This document shows positions 35,569 through 44,669 of a stretch of 64,000 nt of DNA, piece by piece. The notes under the pieces are model-generated. The model was not told the origin of the DNA. It saw only the letters and a program-made list of their open reading frames with translations, and made no database searches. The DNA lies in NCBI GenBank assembly GCA_044451945.1, contig JBIOKR010000001.1:7672-71671 (forward strand), given 5' to 3'. This DNA comes from Candidatus Lutacidiplasmatales archaeon. GTDB lineage: Archaea > Thermoplasmatota > Thermoplasmata > Lutacidiplasmatales > UBA184. Each line of letters begins with the position of its first letter. Positions within the stretch are counted from its first letter, which is position 1. The position numbers and the translations under genes were made by a program.

Positions 35569-37329
35569 TTACTGGCCCCAGAACGGTTCCTGGGCCCGCC
35601 GGATCTTCACGATCTCGTCGAGCACCGTCCGCTCCGTAGCGGTCAGCGGCTGGTCCTTGAACAGGCGCGCCGCCGCCTCCGGAACCGAGACGTAGAGCAC
35701 GTCGCCCTCCGAGAGGGTCCGACCGACCACGGCGCCGTCGATGGAGGCCGCGAGCTCCGTCAGCTCCTCGGCCTGGGCGACCGAGTCCCCGTCCTTCTGG
35801 AGGGCCTTGAGGACGCCGACCTCGACGCCGTTCGATTTCATCAGCCGCACCCCGGGTCGAAGCGTTCCGGCGAGGACCTTGATGCCGACGATCGCCGGTT
35901 TCGAGCTGCGGAAGACGAAGCCGGGGAGGACCGTAAGCTTCGCCGGGTGAACCGTCTCCAGTCGCCGACGGGCCGTAAGCTCGTGGGTCTTCTGCGTCCG
36001 CCAGGCCTGGTACTCCTCGATGATCCGGTACATGATGTCGCCCCGGAAGACCCGGACCGGGCTGGCCGCCCCCTCAGGTTGGGCGTCGGAAAGGACCGGG
36101 ACGCTGAAGGCGAGCACCGCACGGTGCGTCGGGTCCTTGACGGTCGCCATGCGAAGGATGGTCGGCCGCCCGACGGGTCCGACCCCCGTCTCGTGCACCG
36201 GGAGCGACGCCTCCCGGCACTCGAAGGCGAGCGCCTCGAGCCCGCCGAGCGTATCGGCAAAGATCGCGATGCCGCTCTCGGCGAGCTCGTTCACCGGTTG
36301 GGCTTCGCGGGCGAGCTCCGCCTTGACCGCCTCCACCTCCTCGGGGCCGTGGACGACCTTGAGATGTCCTCCGGGCATCGCCCCCTCGATCCCGGTCGCC
36401 GAGACGTAGACGCCCGCGGCGGCGACGACGTGATCGAGCGAGTCGAGCTGGCCGCGGCCGGTCCTTCCCCGGACGACCGGATGCGGCCGATAGATCCCCC
36501 GCACCTTCGTGACGAAGGGGGCCTCGCGCCCCGTGGCGACGATCTCGTCCCCGACCGCGAGCCGCCCCCGGTAGACGATGACGTTGGACACCGGCCCGAT
36601 CCCGCGCTGGTCGCTACGTTCGAGCACCGTCGCCTCGCCGCCCTCCGTGGCGACGGCGAGCTGCTCGCCTAGGAACCTCTGCGAGAGGCCGACCAGGAGC
36701 GCGAGGAGCTCGGCGATCCCCACCGAATGACGGGCCGACACGGGCACCAGCCCCACGTTGCGGGTGAAGTCGCTGACCCGGTCGTACCGCTCGCAGGAGA
36801 ATCCCAGGGCCGCGAGCTGCTCGGAAGCGGAGTAGAGGCGCTGGTCGAGCAGTCGGGAGTAGTCGGGGCCGCAGCGCTCGATCTGGGCGGCGAGCGTCAC
36901 CGGGCCCGTCGGTTTCTTCCACCCGCTCAACAGGTCGATCTTCGTGAGGGCGACCGCGAACGGGGTCTTCTCATGGCGAAGGATCTGGATCGACTCGCGG
37001 GTCTGCGGCATGACCCCGTCCCGGGCGTCGATGACGAGAATCGCGATGTCGGCGAGCGCGCCCCCGCGCTTTCGCATCGTCTCGAAGGAGCGGTGGCCCG
37101 GTGTGTCGATGACCAGAAGTCCCGGCACCTGGAACCGGGTCGTGTCGAGAATCCCCTGGCAGAGCTTGACGATCGTCGCCGAGGGGACCTCGATCGCGCC
37201 GATGTGCTGCGTGATCCCTCCCGCTTCGTGGGCGGCCTTGACCGAACCGGCGATCCGGTCGAGCAGCGTAGTCTTCCCGTGGTCGACGTGACCGAGGAGG
37301 GAGAGGATCGGCTGGCGCATCTCGGCCAT
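35569..37329 (-). CDS. infB: Translation initiation factor aIF5B (IF-2)
   Basis: G1 LLGHVDHGKTTLLD, G3 IDTPGH, G4 TKID. 586 aa, typical archaeal length. Confidence 0.95.
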   Translation of the reverse strand: MAEMRQPILSLLGHVDHGKTTLLDRIAGSVKAAHEAGGITQHIGAIEVPSATIVKLCQGILDTTRFQVPGLLVIDTPGHRSFETMRKRGGALADIAILVIDARDGVMPQTRESIQILRHEKTPFAVALTKIDLLSGWKKPTGPVTLAAQIERCGPDYSRLLDQRLYSASEQLAALGFSCERYDRVSDFTRNVGLVPVSARHSVGIAELLALLVGLSQRFLGEQLAVATEGGEATVLERSDQRGIGPVSNVIVYRGRLAVGDEIVATGREAPFVTKVRGIYRPHPVVRGRTGRGQLDSLDHVVAAAGVYVSATGIEGAMPGGHLKVVHGPEEVEAVKAELAREAQPVNELAESGIAIFADTLGGLEALAFECREASLPVHETGVGPVGRPTILRMATVKDPTHRAVLAFSVPVLSDAQPEGAASPVRVFRGDIMYRIIEEYQAWRTQKTHELTARRRLETVHPAKLTVLPGFVFRSSKPAIVGIKVLAGTLRPGVRLMKSNGVEVGVLKALQKDGDSVAQAEELTELAASIDGAVVGRTLSEGDVLYVSVPEAAARLFKDQPLTATERTVLDEIVKIRRAQEPFWGQ

Positions 37330-37397
37330 GCCGACGAACTACGGGAGGTCGCACTTTACCATTGCTCGCTGCGCCCTACCGGCGCATAGCGCCGGCG

Positions 37398-38711
37398 TCA
37401 GCCGAACTCGGAAAACCGGCCCGAGATGAGGGGGACGAGCAGCTCCCCCGCCTCGAGCCCCCCGTGGGCGCCCTCCGGCTCCCGGTGGCGATGCGCTCGC
37501 CGGCGCGGCGACTGCGTCAACCCGGATGGACTGCGAACGAGGACGATCATGTCGCCGATCCGTTCCCTGAGCTCCGGGTGGAACGGGGCCGGACCGAAAA
37601 GCCCCCATCCGAGAGCCTCCTCGGTAGCGATCACGCGAGCCCCGGGAGGAAGTCGTCGCTCCAGGGCCTTGAGCAGGGCGGAGCCACGCCCCCGCTTGGC
37701 ACGAAAGAAACCCGCGCGGCGGTCGCCAGCGAGCGGGCGGTCGAGCTCCCGAAGGATCGTCGGCTCCCGCGAAATGTCGATCTGGGAGCTGGGCCGGCAC
37801 GGCACCATGCCGTGGTCTCCGGTGACGAGGAGCGTCGTGCGCTCTCGCAGCCTCGGGGCGAGATGGCCCGAAACATACCGAAGCAGATCGGCAAGGCGGT
37901 CCATCTCGAGTCGCAACAGCTCCACGCTTGTCCCGCGCCGATGGAGACCCGAATCGAGCTCCGACCAGTAGGCGAAGACGACCGGAGGGGGTCGGGGCCG
38001 CTCGAGTATCTCCCCGAGGCAGAGGGCGAGGTCCGCGGCGGTAAGGTGGGACACATACTCCGCCCCGTCGTAGATCGCCCGAGTGAACCCGGTTCCTTCG
38101 AAGGCGCGATGCGAGAGCGCCGTCCCTCCGAGACCGCGACGGAACAGTGTGGGCGAGCCGCAGATCATCGACGGTCGGAACTTCGGCCCAACGAGCGATT
38201 CGGGCCGGTCCTCGCCTACCGGGGACATCCTCAGCATGTTGGCCACGACTCCGAAGCGGGGGAGGAACTGGTGGTATCCGACGATCCCGTGGGCTCCCGG
38301 AGCGGTGCCGGTGGAGAGCGAGGCCAACGCGGCCGCCGTGGTCGAAGGGAACACCGTCGTGAGCGGCCGGCCCGATCGCCAACCGTCGGGAATCGATGAG
38401 CCTCCGGCTCCCACCCAGTCCGGGTACCCGAGCCAGCCGAGCCCGTCCACGAGGAAGACCACGGTGGTCCCCTGCGCCGGCCGGCCCCGGAACGGGTCGA
38501 GCGAAGCTGCGAGCGCCGGCAGGATGGGCCGACGCCCCGGGGTGACACCGTGGGCGCGGAGGAGGGAGGCGGCGATGTTCGCGATGGACCGTCCCCCGTA
38601 CGAAGGGTTCGGGATGCCGCCGGGCGTGGACGGCAGGGTGAGCCCCTCCGCTTCGAGATTGAGCGGATCGATGCGCCCTTTGGACATCCTCGTTCCTCTC
38701 TCTCTGGCCAC
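37398..38711 (-). CDS. Alkaline-phosphatase-superfamily protein (type I phosphodiesterase/nucleotide pyrophosphatase family)
   Basis: VVFLVDGLGW, FPSTTAAALASLSTGTAPGAHGIVGY (nucleophile Thr context), LLVTGDHGMV. Confidence 0.8.
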   Translation of the reverse strand: MARERGTRMSKGRIDPLNLEAEGLTLPSTPGGIPNPSYGGRSIANIAASLLRAHGVTPGRRPILPALAASLDPFRGRPAQGTTVVFLVDGLGWLGYPDWVGAGGSSIPDGWRSGRPLTTVFPSTTAAALASLSTGTAPGAHGIVGYHQFLPRFGVVANMLRMSPVGEDRPESLVGPKFRPSMICGSPTLFRRGLGGTALSHRAFEGTGFTRAIYDGAEYVSHLTAADLALCLGEILERPRPPPVVFAYWSELDSGLHRRGTSVELLRLEMDRLADLLRYVSGHLAPRLRERTTLLVTGDHGMVPCRPSSQIDISREPTILRELDRPLAGDRRAGFFRAKRGRGSALLKALERRLPPGARVIATEEALGWGLFGPAPFHPELRERIGDMIVLVRSPSGLTQSPRRRAHRHREPEGAHGGLEAGELLVPLISGRFSEFG

Positions 38712-38758
38712 CTTGCCGAACCCTGACCCATCGAGATAACGCTCGCGGCAATCTCGAG

Positions 38759-39853
38759 CTACAGGTACTCGTCCAAGCGGCGTTGGGAGCCGGTCCGGGG
38801 CGTCAAGCGCTCCGCACGGACCGAGAGCGTCCTAACCCGTCGCTGGCGACCTCGGCGCTCCTCGCTGAGCAGTTCCCGCAACAGCCGGGCGGCCGGCGTT
38901 CGGAGCGGGGTCTCCCCCTCCACCGACGCCCCGAGGGTCCGGCTGCGGGACGTGCGGGAGAAGTCCTCCCAGCGGGCGGCGACGGAGACCGTCTGATACC
39001 GAAGCCCCTCTTCCGATAGCGAGCGGGCGAGATACGATGCGAGCTCCTCGGCGGTCCGCACGAGGACCGACTCGTCGCCCTCGTCGCGATCGAAAGTGTG
39101 ATCCGAGCTACGAGAGTGGGGCCCGGTCTCTCCCTCATCGTCCGTTTCTGGGGGATTTCCCTGGGCGAGCCGGACCAGGTAGGACGAGAAGGTTCCGAGC
39201 TTGCGAGCGACCTCGGGGCTGGCGCCTTCGGTCAGGTCCCCGATGCGTTCGATGCCGAGCGAATGCAAGAGCTCCCGGGTCTTCGGCCCGACGCCGGGAA
39301 CCACCTTGAGGTCCAGTGGGCCGAGGAACTCGGCGACCCTCTCGGGGGAGACAACGCAAACCCCCCCGGGCTTCGCCCGGTCCGAGGCGATCTTCGCCAC
39401 CACTCGGAAGGGGGCCGCACCGATCGACGCGGGGAGGTGGAGCTGGTCGGCGATGGCCTTCTGGATCTCCCGGCATTTCGCCTCGACGTCCGCCGGGGTC
39501 GCACATTCCACCGTCACCGCCGCCTCGTCGATGCTCAGGGGCACGACCCGCGACGAGAAGTGGGACAACAGATCGCGGACCTCTCGGGAGGCCCTCTCGT
39601 ACTTGGCAAAGTCCGGAGCGACCCAGTGGGCCTGCGGGGCGAGGCGCGCGGCTTGGACGGCCGGAAGCGCGCTGCGGATGCCCAGTGGCCGCAAATCGTA
39701 GCTCGCGGAGAGGACGACGCCCCGGTTCGGCGTCACCCTCGGGTCGGGTCCGACGATTACCGGCTTGCCGATGAGCTCCGGATGGTCTCGGAGTTCACAG
39801 GAGACGTAGAAGGCGTCCATGTCGACGTAGAGGGTCCAAGGGAAGGTCGGCAT
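38759..39853 (-). CDS. dinB: Y-family DNA polymerase IV (Dpo4/Dbh/DinB)
   Basis: YVDMDAFYVSCE, GVVLSASYDLRPLGIRSALP, VPGVGPKTRELL. Start at ATG 39853 (MPTFPW), not the track start at 39961. Confidence 0.92.
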   Translation of the reverse strand: MPTFPWTLYVDMDAFYVSCELRDHPELIGKPVIVGPDPRVTPNRGVVLSASYDLRPLGIRSALPAVQAARLAPQAHWVAPDFAKYERASREVRDLLSHFSSRVVPLSIDEAAVTVECATPADVEAKCREIQKAIADQLHLPASIGAAPFRVVAKIASDRAKPGGVCVVSPERVAEFLGPLDLKVVPGVGPKTRELLHSLGIERIGDLTEGASPEVARKLGTFSSYLVRLAQGNPPETDDEGETGPHSRSSDHTFDRDEGDESVLVRTAEELASYLARSLSEEGLRYQTVSVAARWEDFSRTSRSRTLGASVEGETPLRTPAARLLRELLSEERRGRQRRVRTLSVRAERLTPRTGSQRRLDEYL

Positions 39854-40024
39854 CACCACCTCGTCCGAGACACGGCGCCGACCCCCACGGGGTGTAGGCA
39901 CGCCCTCCACTTTTCCGTTCCCGCCTCGGACCCGGCCCCGGGTTGGGGAATGAGGACCCACGGGCTCGGGGACGTCGACGCCCTATCGCGGTCCTCCTCG
40001 GCGACCGGCTCCGAGGAGCCCGCT

Positions 40025-40750
40025 TCAGACCCCGCCCAGGTCGATCGCCTTGGCGTCGACCCTCAGCCCGCTCAGTCCGATGACGTAGGGTTGGACGCTT
40101 CTGAGGTGGGGCGTTCTTCGCATCTTGAGCACCCGGATCGACAACCCGACCCGGTGGCCGTCCGCCGCCGTGGTATACGTGAGGACGACGACGCCGTCCG
40201 ATACATACTCCGAGAGCCCGTCCCGGGAGATCCCCGGATGAGTCGGGTCCGCCTCTGCGGTGAGCACCGTCGTCGCCCCGGCGGAGCGGCAGGCCGCGGC
40301 GAGCGAGAAGAGGGTCGCGCGCCGACCCGCCTCGTCATCGCTCAGCATGTTGAGCAGGGAGACCGAGTCGACGACGATGCGCTTGGCCCCGAGCGCCTTG
40401 AGCTCCTTTCCGAGCTCCCCCTGGATCCTCTGGATGTTCTGCTTGGTCTCCTTCGGGTCCAGGCGGATGATCTTGAGCAGCTCGCGCTTGAGCGCGTCGT
40501 CCACCGGCCAGCCGAACTGGCGGGCGGTCTGGGTCAGTGCGGCGACGTCCTCCTCGAGCGAGAGGAAGACTCCCTTCTCTCCCCGCTGGGCACCGGCCAG
40601 GAGGAACTGGAGGCTCAGGCAGGTCTTCCCGGTTCCGGGGAGCCCCGTGACGAGGACGACGTGGCCGGCGGGAAAACCGCCCTGGAGCATCTCATCCAGG
40701 CCGGCGATGCCGGTGGGGACCTTCGGAACTCCGAGCTCAGATGCGCTCAT
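40025..40750 (-). CDS. KaiC-like / RecA-superfamily ATPase (single domain)
   Basis: TGIAGLDEMLQGGFPAGHVVLVTGLPGTGKT (intact Walker A) and Walker B RIVVDSVS. Confidence 0.88.
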   Translation of the reverse strand: MSASELGVPKVPTGIAGLDEMLQGGFPAGHVVLVTGLPGTGKTCLSLQFLLAGAQRGEKGVFLSLEEDVAALTQTARQFGWPVDDALKRELLKIIRLDPKETKQNIQRIQGELGKELKALGAKRIVVDSVSLLNMLSDDEAGRRATLFSLAAACRSAGATTVLTAEADPTHPGISRDGLSEYVSDGVVVLTYTTAADGHRVGLSIRVLKMRRTPHLRSVQPYVIGLSGLRVDAKAIDLGGV

Positions 40751-41654
40751 ACTGCGTGGTGACGAGGCCTCCGACCGCGCTCACCTGGATGACGAACCGT
40801 CCCTGGTGCTCCCGCGACATCCGGGAGAGCACCGGCATGAACTTCTCGATGAGCATCGTGCGCTGGCGATGCGAGTGGAGGGGATTGGTCGTCCACGAGA
40901 AGGAGAGCACGCCGTCGACCGAGTCGTAGAGCGCCTGCTCGGTCGCCGGCGGGTTGACGCCGCGCGACAGGAGCAGATAGACGAGGCCGTCGAGCTCCTT
41001 GGCCCTGCGACGCAAGCCCTTGACGAGGGTGAGGAGGTCGCTCGCCTCGACGCCGCGGCGTACCAGTAGGTCGGTGAGGGAGTCGACGATCACGAGGTTC
41101 GACCGGCCGTCCTGTTCGACCGCCTCCGCGATCCCCGCCAGCGGGCCGCCTTCGGCCGGTCGCTCCGCGGAGATGCCTGAGAGCACCGAGCCCCCTAGCG
41201 AAGCCCAGCTCGAGGGGACGACCGAGTCGCGGAAGTACGAGGGGGAGAGGTCGTGGAAGGTGAGATGCCGTTCGAGCGTCTTGGCGTAGTTCGCGTCGAA
41301 GGTGCTCGCGATCTCCCTCAAGAGCTGGGGCTTCGATCGGCTGGCGCTCACGTAGACGACCTGCTTTGGATACCGAAAGGGGCCCCGCGCGCTCCCGAGA
41401 TAGAACCGGTGCATCCGGGGGTCGTCGTAGCGCAGCATCAGGTGGACGGCACTGGTCAGGGCGAACTCCTGGTGGCCGCTTCCGGCCTCGCCGACCAACA
41501 GGACCACCGAACCCGCCGGCAATCCACCGGTAAGGTAATCGAAATCCGGCACACCGGTCGGGATCCGTGAGGAGGTCGCCGGCACCTCGTCCTCCTCCGG
41601 CCCCCGCTGGGCGAGCATCGGGGCGTACCAGGGTCTCGGAGCGTTGGCGGCCAT
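40737..41654 (-). CDS. KaiC-like paralogue with degenerate Walker A
   Basis: TGVPDFDYLTGGLPAGSVVLLVGEAGSGHQEF: the P-loop Lys-Ser/Thr is replaced by His-Gln. Walker B-like LVIVDSLT is retained. Overlaps the downstream KaiC-like gene by 14 nt. Confidence 0.75.
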   Translation of the reverse strand: MAANAPRPWYAPMLAQRGPEEDEVPATSSRIPTGVPDFDYLTGGLPAGSVVLLVGEAGSGHQEFALTSAVHLMLRYDDPRMHRFYLGSARGPFRYPKQVVYVSASRSKPQLLREIASTFDANYAKTLERHLTFHDLSPSYFRDSVVPSSWASLGGSVLSGISAERPAEGGPLAGIAEAVEQDGRSNLVIVDSLTDLLVRRGVEASDLLTLVKGLRRRAKELDGLVYLLLSRGVNPPATEQALYDSVDGVLSFSWTTNPLHSHRQRTMLIEKFMPVLSRMSREHQGRFVIQVSAVGGLVTTQYERI

Positions 41655-41695
41655 CGAAAAGTGATGCTCGAGGCGAATGCCCTTGCCCGCTTATT

Positions 41696-43066
41696 TCAAG
41701 ACTGGGTTTGACTCGCGGGCGCAACGCCCTCGACGGCCCCGGATTTGAGAAACTCGCGCAGCAGGACGGTCGCGTAGCACCCCTTCGGAAGCGCGAACGT
41801 CAACCAAACCCCGCCGCCCCGGGGAGTTGTCGCCGCCTCGGTCTTGGCGCTCTCCAATCGCAGCGCGATCGGGGGGATCGGGATCCAGGCCGGCCGGTAC
41901 GCGCCCGCGCTCGAGACCTCCGGGTTCTTCGGGAGCCTGAACTTTTCACGCGTCACTCCCTCCTCCTCGAGCAGCCTCTCAAGAAGCTCGCCCGCCTCGC
42001 CCTCGAGCGGCGGCGTGTCGTACCCGACCAAGGGCCCGGCCAGGCGGGCTCGCCCCCGCCCGACGAGGTCGACGCATTCGGGCAGGTTGTCCGCGCCGAC
42101 CGGGACGGCGTCCTTTCCCGAGACGGTTCCGTCCTTGAGCTGGCGAAGGATCCGGTCACCCGGGACGGGGGCGAGCAGCGAGATGCCCCGGTCATGTCGG
42201 GCAGTGAGCCAGCGATTGAAAAGCCATGACTGATAGGCGTGGATGAACAGTAACCGCAGCTCTCTCGAGAGACCTCGCAGGGCCCGGGAGGCGTCGTGGC
42301 CCTTGGCGAGGTGATCGAGCAGCACGCGTTCGAAGCGGAACTCGCGGGGAAACTCTGAGAGGGCCCGCGCCGCGTCGTGGTGCTCGGCGTAACTTCGGCG
42401 CGCTTCGGCGCCCAAAACCTCGCCCTCGACGGGAAGCCAGGTGAGGTAGACCTCGACGGCGGCTTCCGGGTCGCCGCGGACCAGCGCGCGGCCCACCTCG
42501 TGCGTCATCGGGCGGACCTCGCCGAAGCGCTGGAGACCGAAGAAATTCGGAAAGCCGCCGAGCCCGAGCAGCTCCAAGCGGGTCGTGCGGAGCCGGTCGA
42601 ACGCCGAGGGGAGAGGTTCTCCCAAGATCTCGATGCGGATGTCGAAGCCGTTCCCGTAGTGATGGCCCAGGCTCAATCCGTCGCGCGCTCGATAGGCCTC
42701 CGTGACCTCCACGTCGCGAAGCCCGAGAGGCCCCTCCGGGAGCGGCCCTCGGTACGAGAGAAGACGCTCGGCGAGGGCGCGTCGGTCCTTCGTGCCGGCC
42801 CAGGAGACCGCATGGGGAGGCAGGTGGAGGCGTTCGGCGATGCGTTCGGCGAGCTCATGCTGCTCCCAGTCGCGGGACGCGACGCGCAAGACCGTGAATG
42901 GACCGTCGGGGACCGGGACGGGGTACGAGGAGATCTCCCGGACGACGAAATCCTCGGACCGCGACTTCAGCACTCCGGTGACTCCGGGGCTCTGGGTGGC
43001 GTAGAAGCCGAGGCCGAGCGAGCGGTCGCTCTGCGGAGGCTCCCACGCGGTCCCTCCCATCGCCAC
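41696..43066 (-). CDS. truD: tRNA pseudouridine(13) synthase TruD
   Basis: LGFYATQSPGVTGVLKSRSEDFVVREI, GTKDRRA, NFFGLQRFG are TruD hallmarks. Confidence 0.92.
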   Translation of the reverse strand: MAMGGTAWEPPQSDRSLGLGFYATQSPGVTGVLKSRSEDFVVREISSYPVPVPDGPFTVLRVASRDWEQHELAERIAERLHLPPHAVSWAGTKDRRALAERLLSYRGPLPEGPLGLRDVEVTEAYRARDGLSLGHHYGNGFDIRIEILGEPLPSAFDRLRTTRLELLGLGGFPNFFGLQRFGEVRPMTHEVGRALVRGDPEAAVEVYLTWLPVEGEVLGAEARRSYAEHHDAARALSEFPREFRFERVLLDHLAKGHDASRALRGLSRELRLLFIHAYQSWLFNRWLTARHDRGISLLAPVPGDRILRQLKDGTVSGKDAVPVGADNLPECVDLVGRGRARLAGPLVGYDTPPLEGEAGELLERLLEEEGVTREKFRLPKNPEVSSAGAYRPAWIPIPPIALRLESAKTEAATTPRGGGVWLTFALPKGCYATVLLREFLKSGAVEGVAPASQTQS

Positions 43067-43257
43067 GCGATAAGGGCCGAGATATTTCCGCTACCTCCCC
43101 CGGACCGATCCTCCTGGGGAGGGGCGCGGGGGGGGCGCCGCCCATCTACCCCCGGGCGGCACACCGCAGAGGCGTTCCATGCCGCCGGGAAGACGGTCGA
43201 CCCGGGTTTCCACTGAACGGGAACCATGAACACCCCCCCGCCCGTCGCTCCGGCTTG

Positions 43258-43734
43258 ATGATCCAGGCGACCGCCCGGGTTCTCGAGAACGTCGTCGAGA
43301 TCAAGGTAGGCGAGGAGGTGTGGATCTGCCGACCGGTCGGCAGCAGCTCCCCGGAGCTCGGGCGGCGGATCGCCGCCCTATTCTCGACGGTCTACGAAAC
43401 GTTCCGCTCCTCGGAGCCGAGCACGGTCTACTCCACCGTATCCTACCACGCGAAGCGCGACGAGATCATCGTCCAGATCGGGGAGGAGAAGTGGCGCACC
43501 GTCTCCTCGGTGTTTGGCCCGATGACCTACCAGTACGGGGGGATCACCTACGCCATCCACGAGAAGCTGACGGGCAAGTTCGCTATCCTCCAGGGGTCGA
43601 CCGTCGTGGCGACCGGAGAGCTCGGGTTCCGCTCGTGCACGATCCGCGACTCACCCGCCGATCTCGAGGGGTTCCTGACCAACATCGCGCTCGGATACCT
43701 GATCCGGACCCTCGTCTGGGAGATATTCCGGTAG
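43258..43734 (+). CDS. Hypothetical protein
   Basis: 158 aa with coding-like codon bias. No motif recognised. Confidence 0.5.
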   Translation: MIQATARVLENVVEIKVGEEVWICRPVGSSSPELGRRIAALFSTVYETFRSSEPSTVYSTVSYHAKRDEIIVQIGEEKWRTVSSVFGPMTYQYGGITYAIHEKLTGKFAILQGSTVVATGELGFRSCTIRDSPADLEGFLTNIALGYLIRTLVWEIFR

Positions 43735-43803
43735 GCCGGGGCCAGGCAGAGCCACCCCGATACGCGGAGCTTCCCGGTGACGGGGCTTTCCCCGCCGTAG
43801 GGA

Positions 43804-44583
43804 TCAGCCGCGTGCCGGGGCGATGGGGACCCGGACGCCCCCCAGGTCGTGGTCGAGCTCCTCGTCGCCCGCGAGCGAGCGCGCGGCGATGAAATCCGGC
43901 CAGGCCCGGCAGGTGTGGATGTCGTGCGAGAGGAGCAGACCGTTCGGCCGCAGGTGCGGGAGCGCGGTCGTGTACTCCCACGTCATCGTGTCGTACTGGT
44001 GGCGGCTATCGTGCAGGAACAGATCGAGCGGCTGGGCGAGCGAGGTGAGCAGTCCCGGCATCACGTCGTCGCTACGGCCGAAATGCAGATGCCATCGGGC
44101 CCGTAGCCGCTCGCTCACGAGGTAGCCGATCGGTCGGGCGGCGACCGCGTCCCCGAGCCCGTCGGAAGATCGTCCGGCGGCGACCTGGGCGACGCCGATG
44201 GAGTGGAGCTCCCCGGAGCCGTTCGCCTCGAGCGCCTCCAAGATCAACCGCGAACTGAAGCCCGAGGAGACCCCGGTCTCTAGAGCGAGCGCCGGATGCG
44301 TTGCACGGACGATGAGGTAGAGGAGCGGGGCTTGCATGAGGGCGCTCGCTCCCTGGAGCCGTCCCGCCTCGGCCTCGAGCTGGCGGTGGATGGGGGCGAG
44401 CTCCCGGTAGAACCGGTCGAGCTCCTCGGGCGTGCGACCGGTAAGCCGGGCGAGCGGCTCCCTCGCCACCCTGTACATCGGTTCCCAGTCGGCGAACCGA
44501 GGGTTGTCCATCAGCCGGACGTCCTCGTGGCGAAGGTCGTGGCGGTAGAGGAAGCGCGCCCAGAGCAACGGATGGGCGCTCAT
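43804..44583 (-). CDS. Class I SAM-dependent methyltransferase (Methyltransf_24-like)
   Basis: ALETGVSSGFSSRLILEAL is motif I-like; DLFLHDSRH. The real gene is the C-terminal 259 aa (ATG 44583) of a 752-aa run-on track ORF. Confidence 0.7.
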   Translation of the reverse strand: MSAHPLLWARFLYRHDLRHEDVRLMDNPRFADWEPMYRVAREPLARLTGRTPEELDRFYRELAPIHRQLEAEAGRLQGASALMQAPLLYLIVRATHPALALETGVSSGFSSRLILEALEANGSGELHSIGVAQVAAGRSSDGLGDAVAARPIGYLVSERLRARWHLHFGRSDDVMPGLLTSLAQPLDLFLHDSRHQYDTMTWEYTTALPHLRPNGLLLSHDIHTCRAWPDFIAARSLAGDEELDHDLGGVRVPIAPARG

Positions 44584-44669
44584 GTGGATGAGGCGGCGAC
44601 GCAACCGTGCGCCCGCGCCTTCGGCGATGCTCCTTCCCCCCGAGAGGGGCGGCGAGCGTCGCCGCTCTC

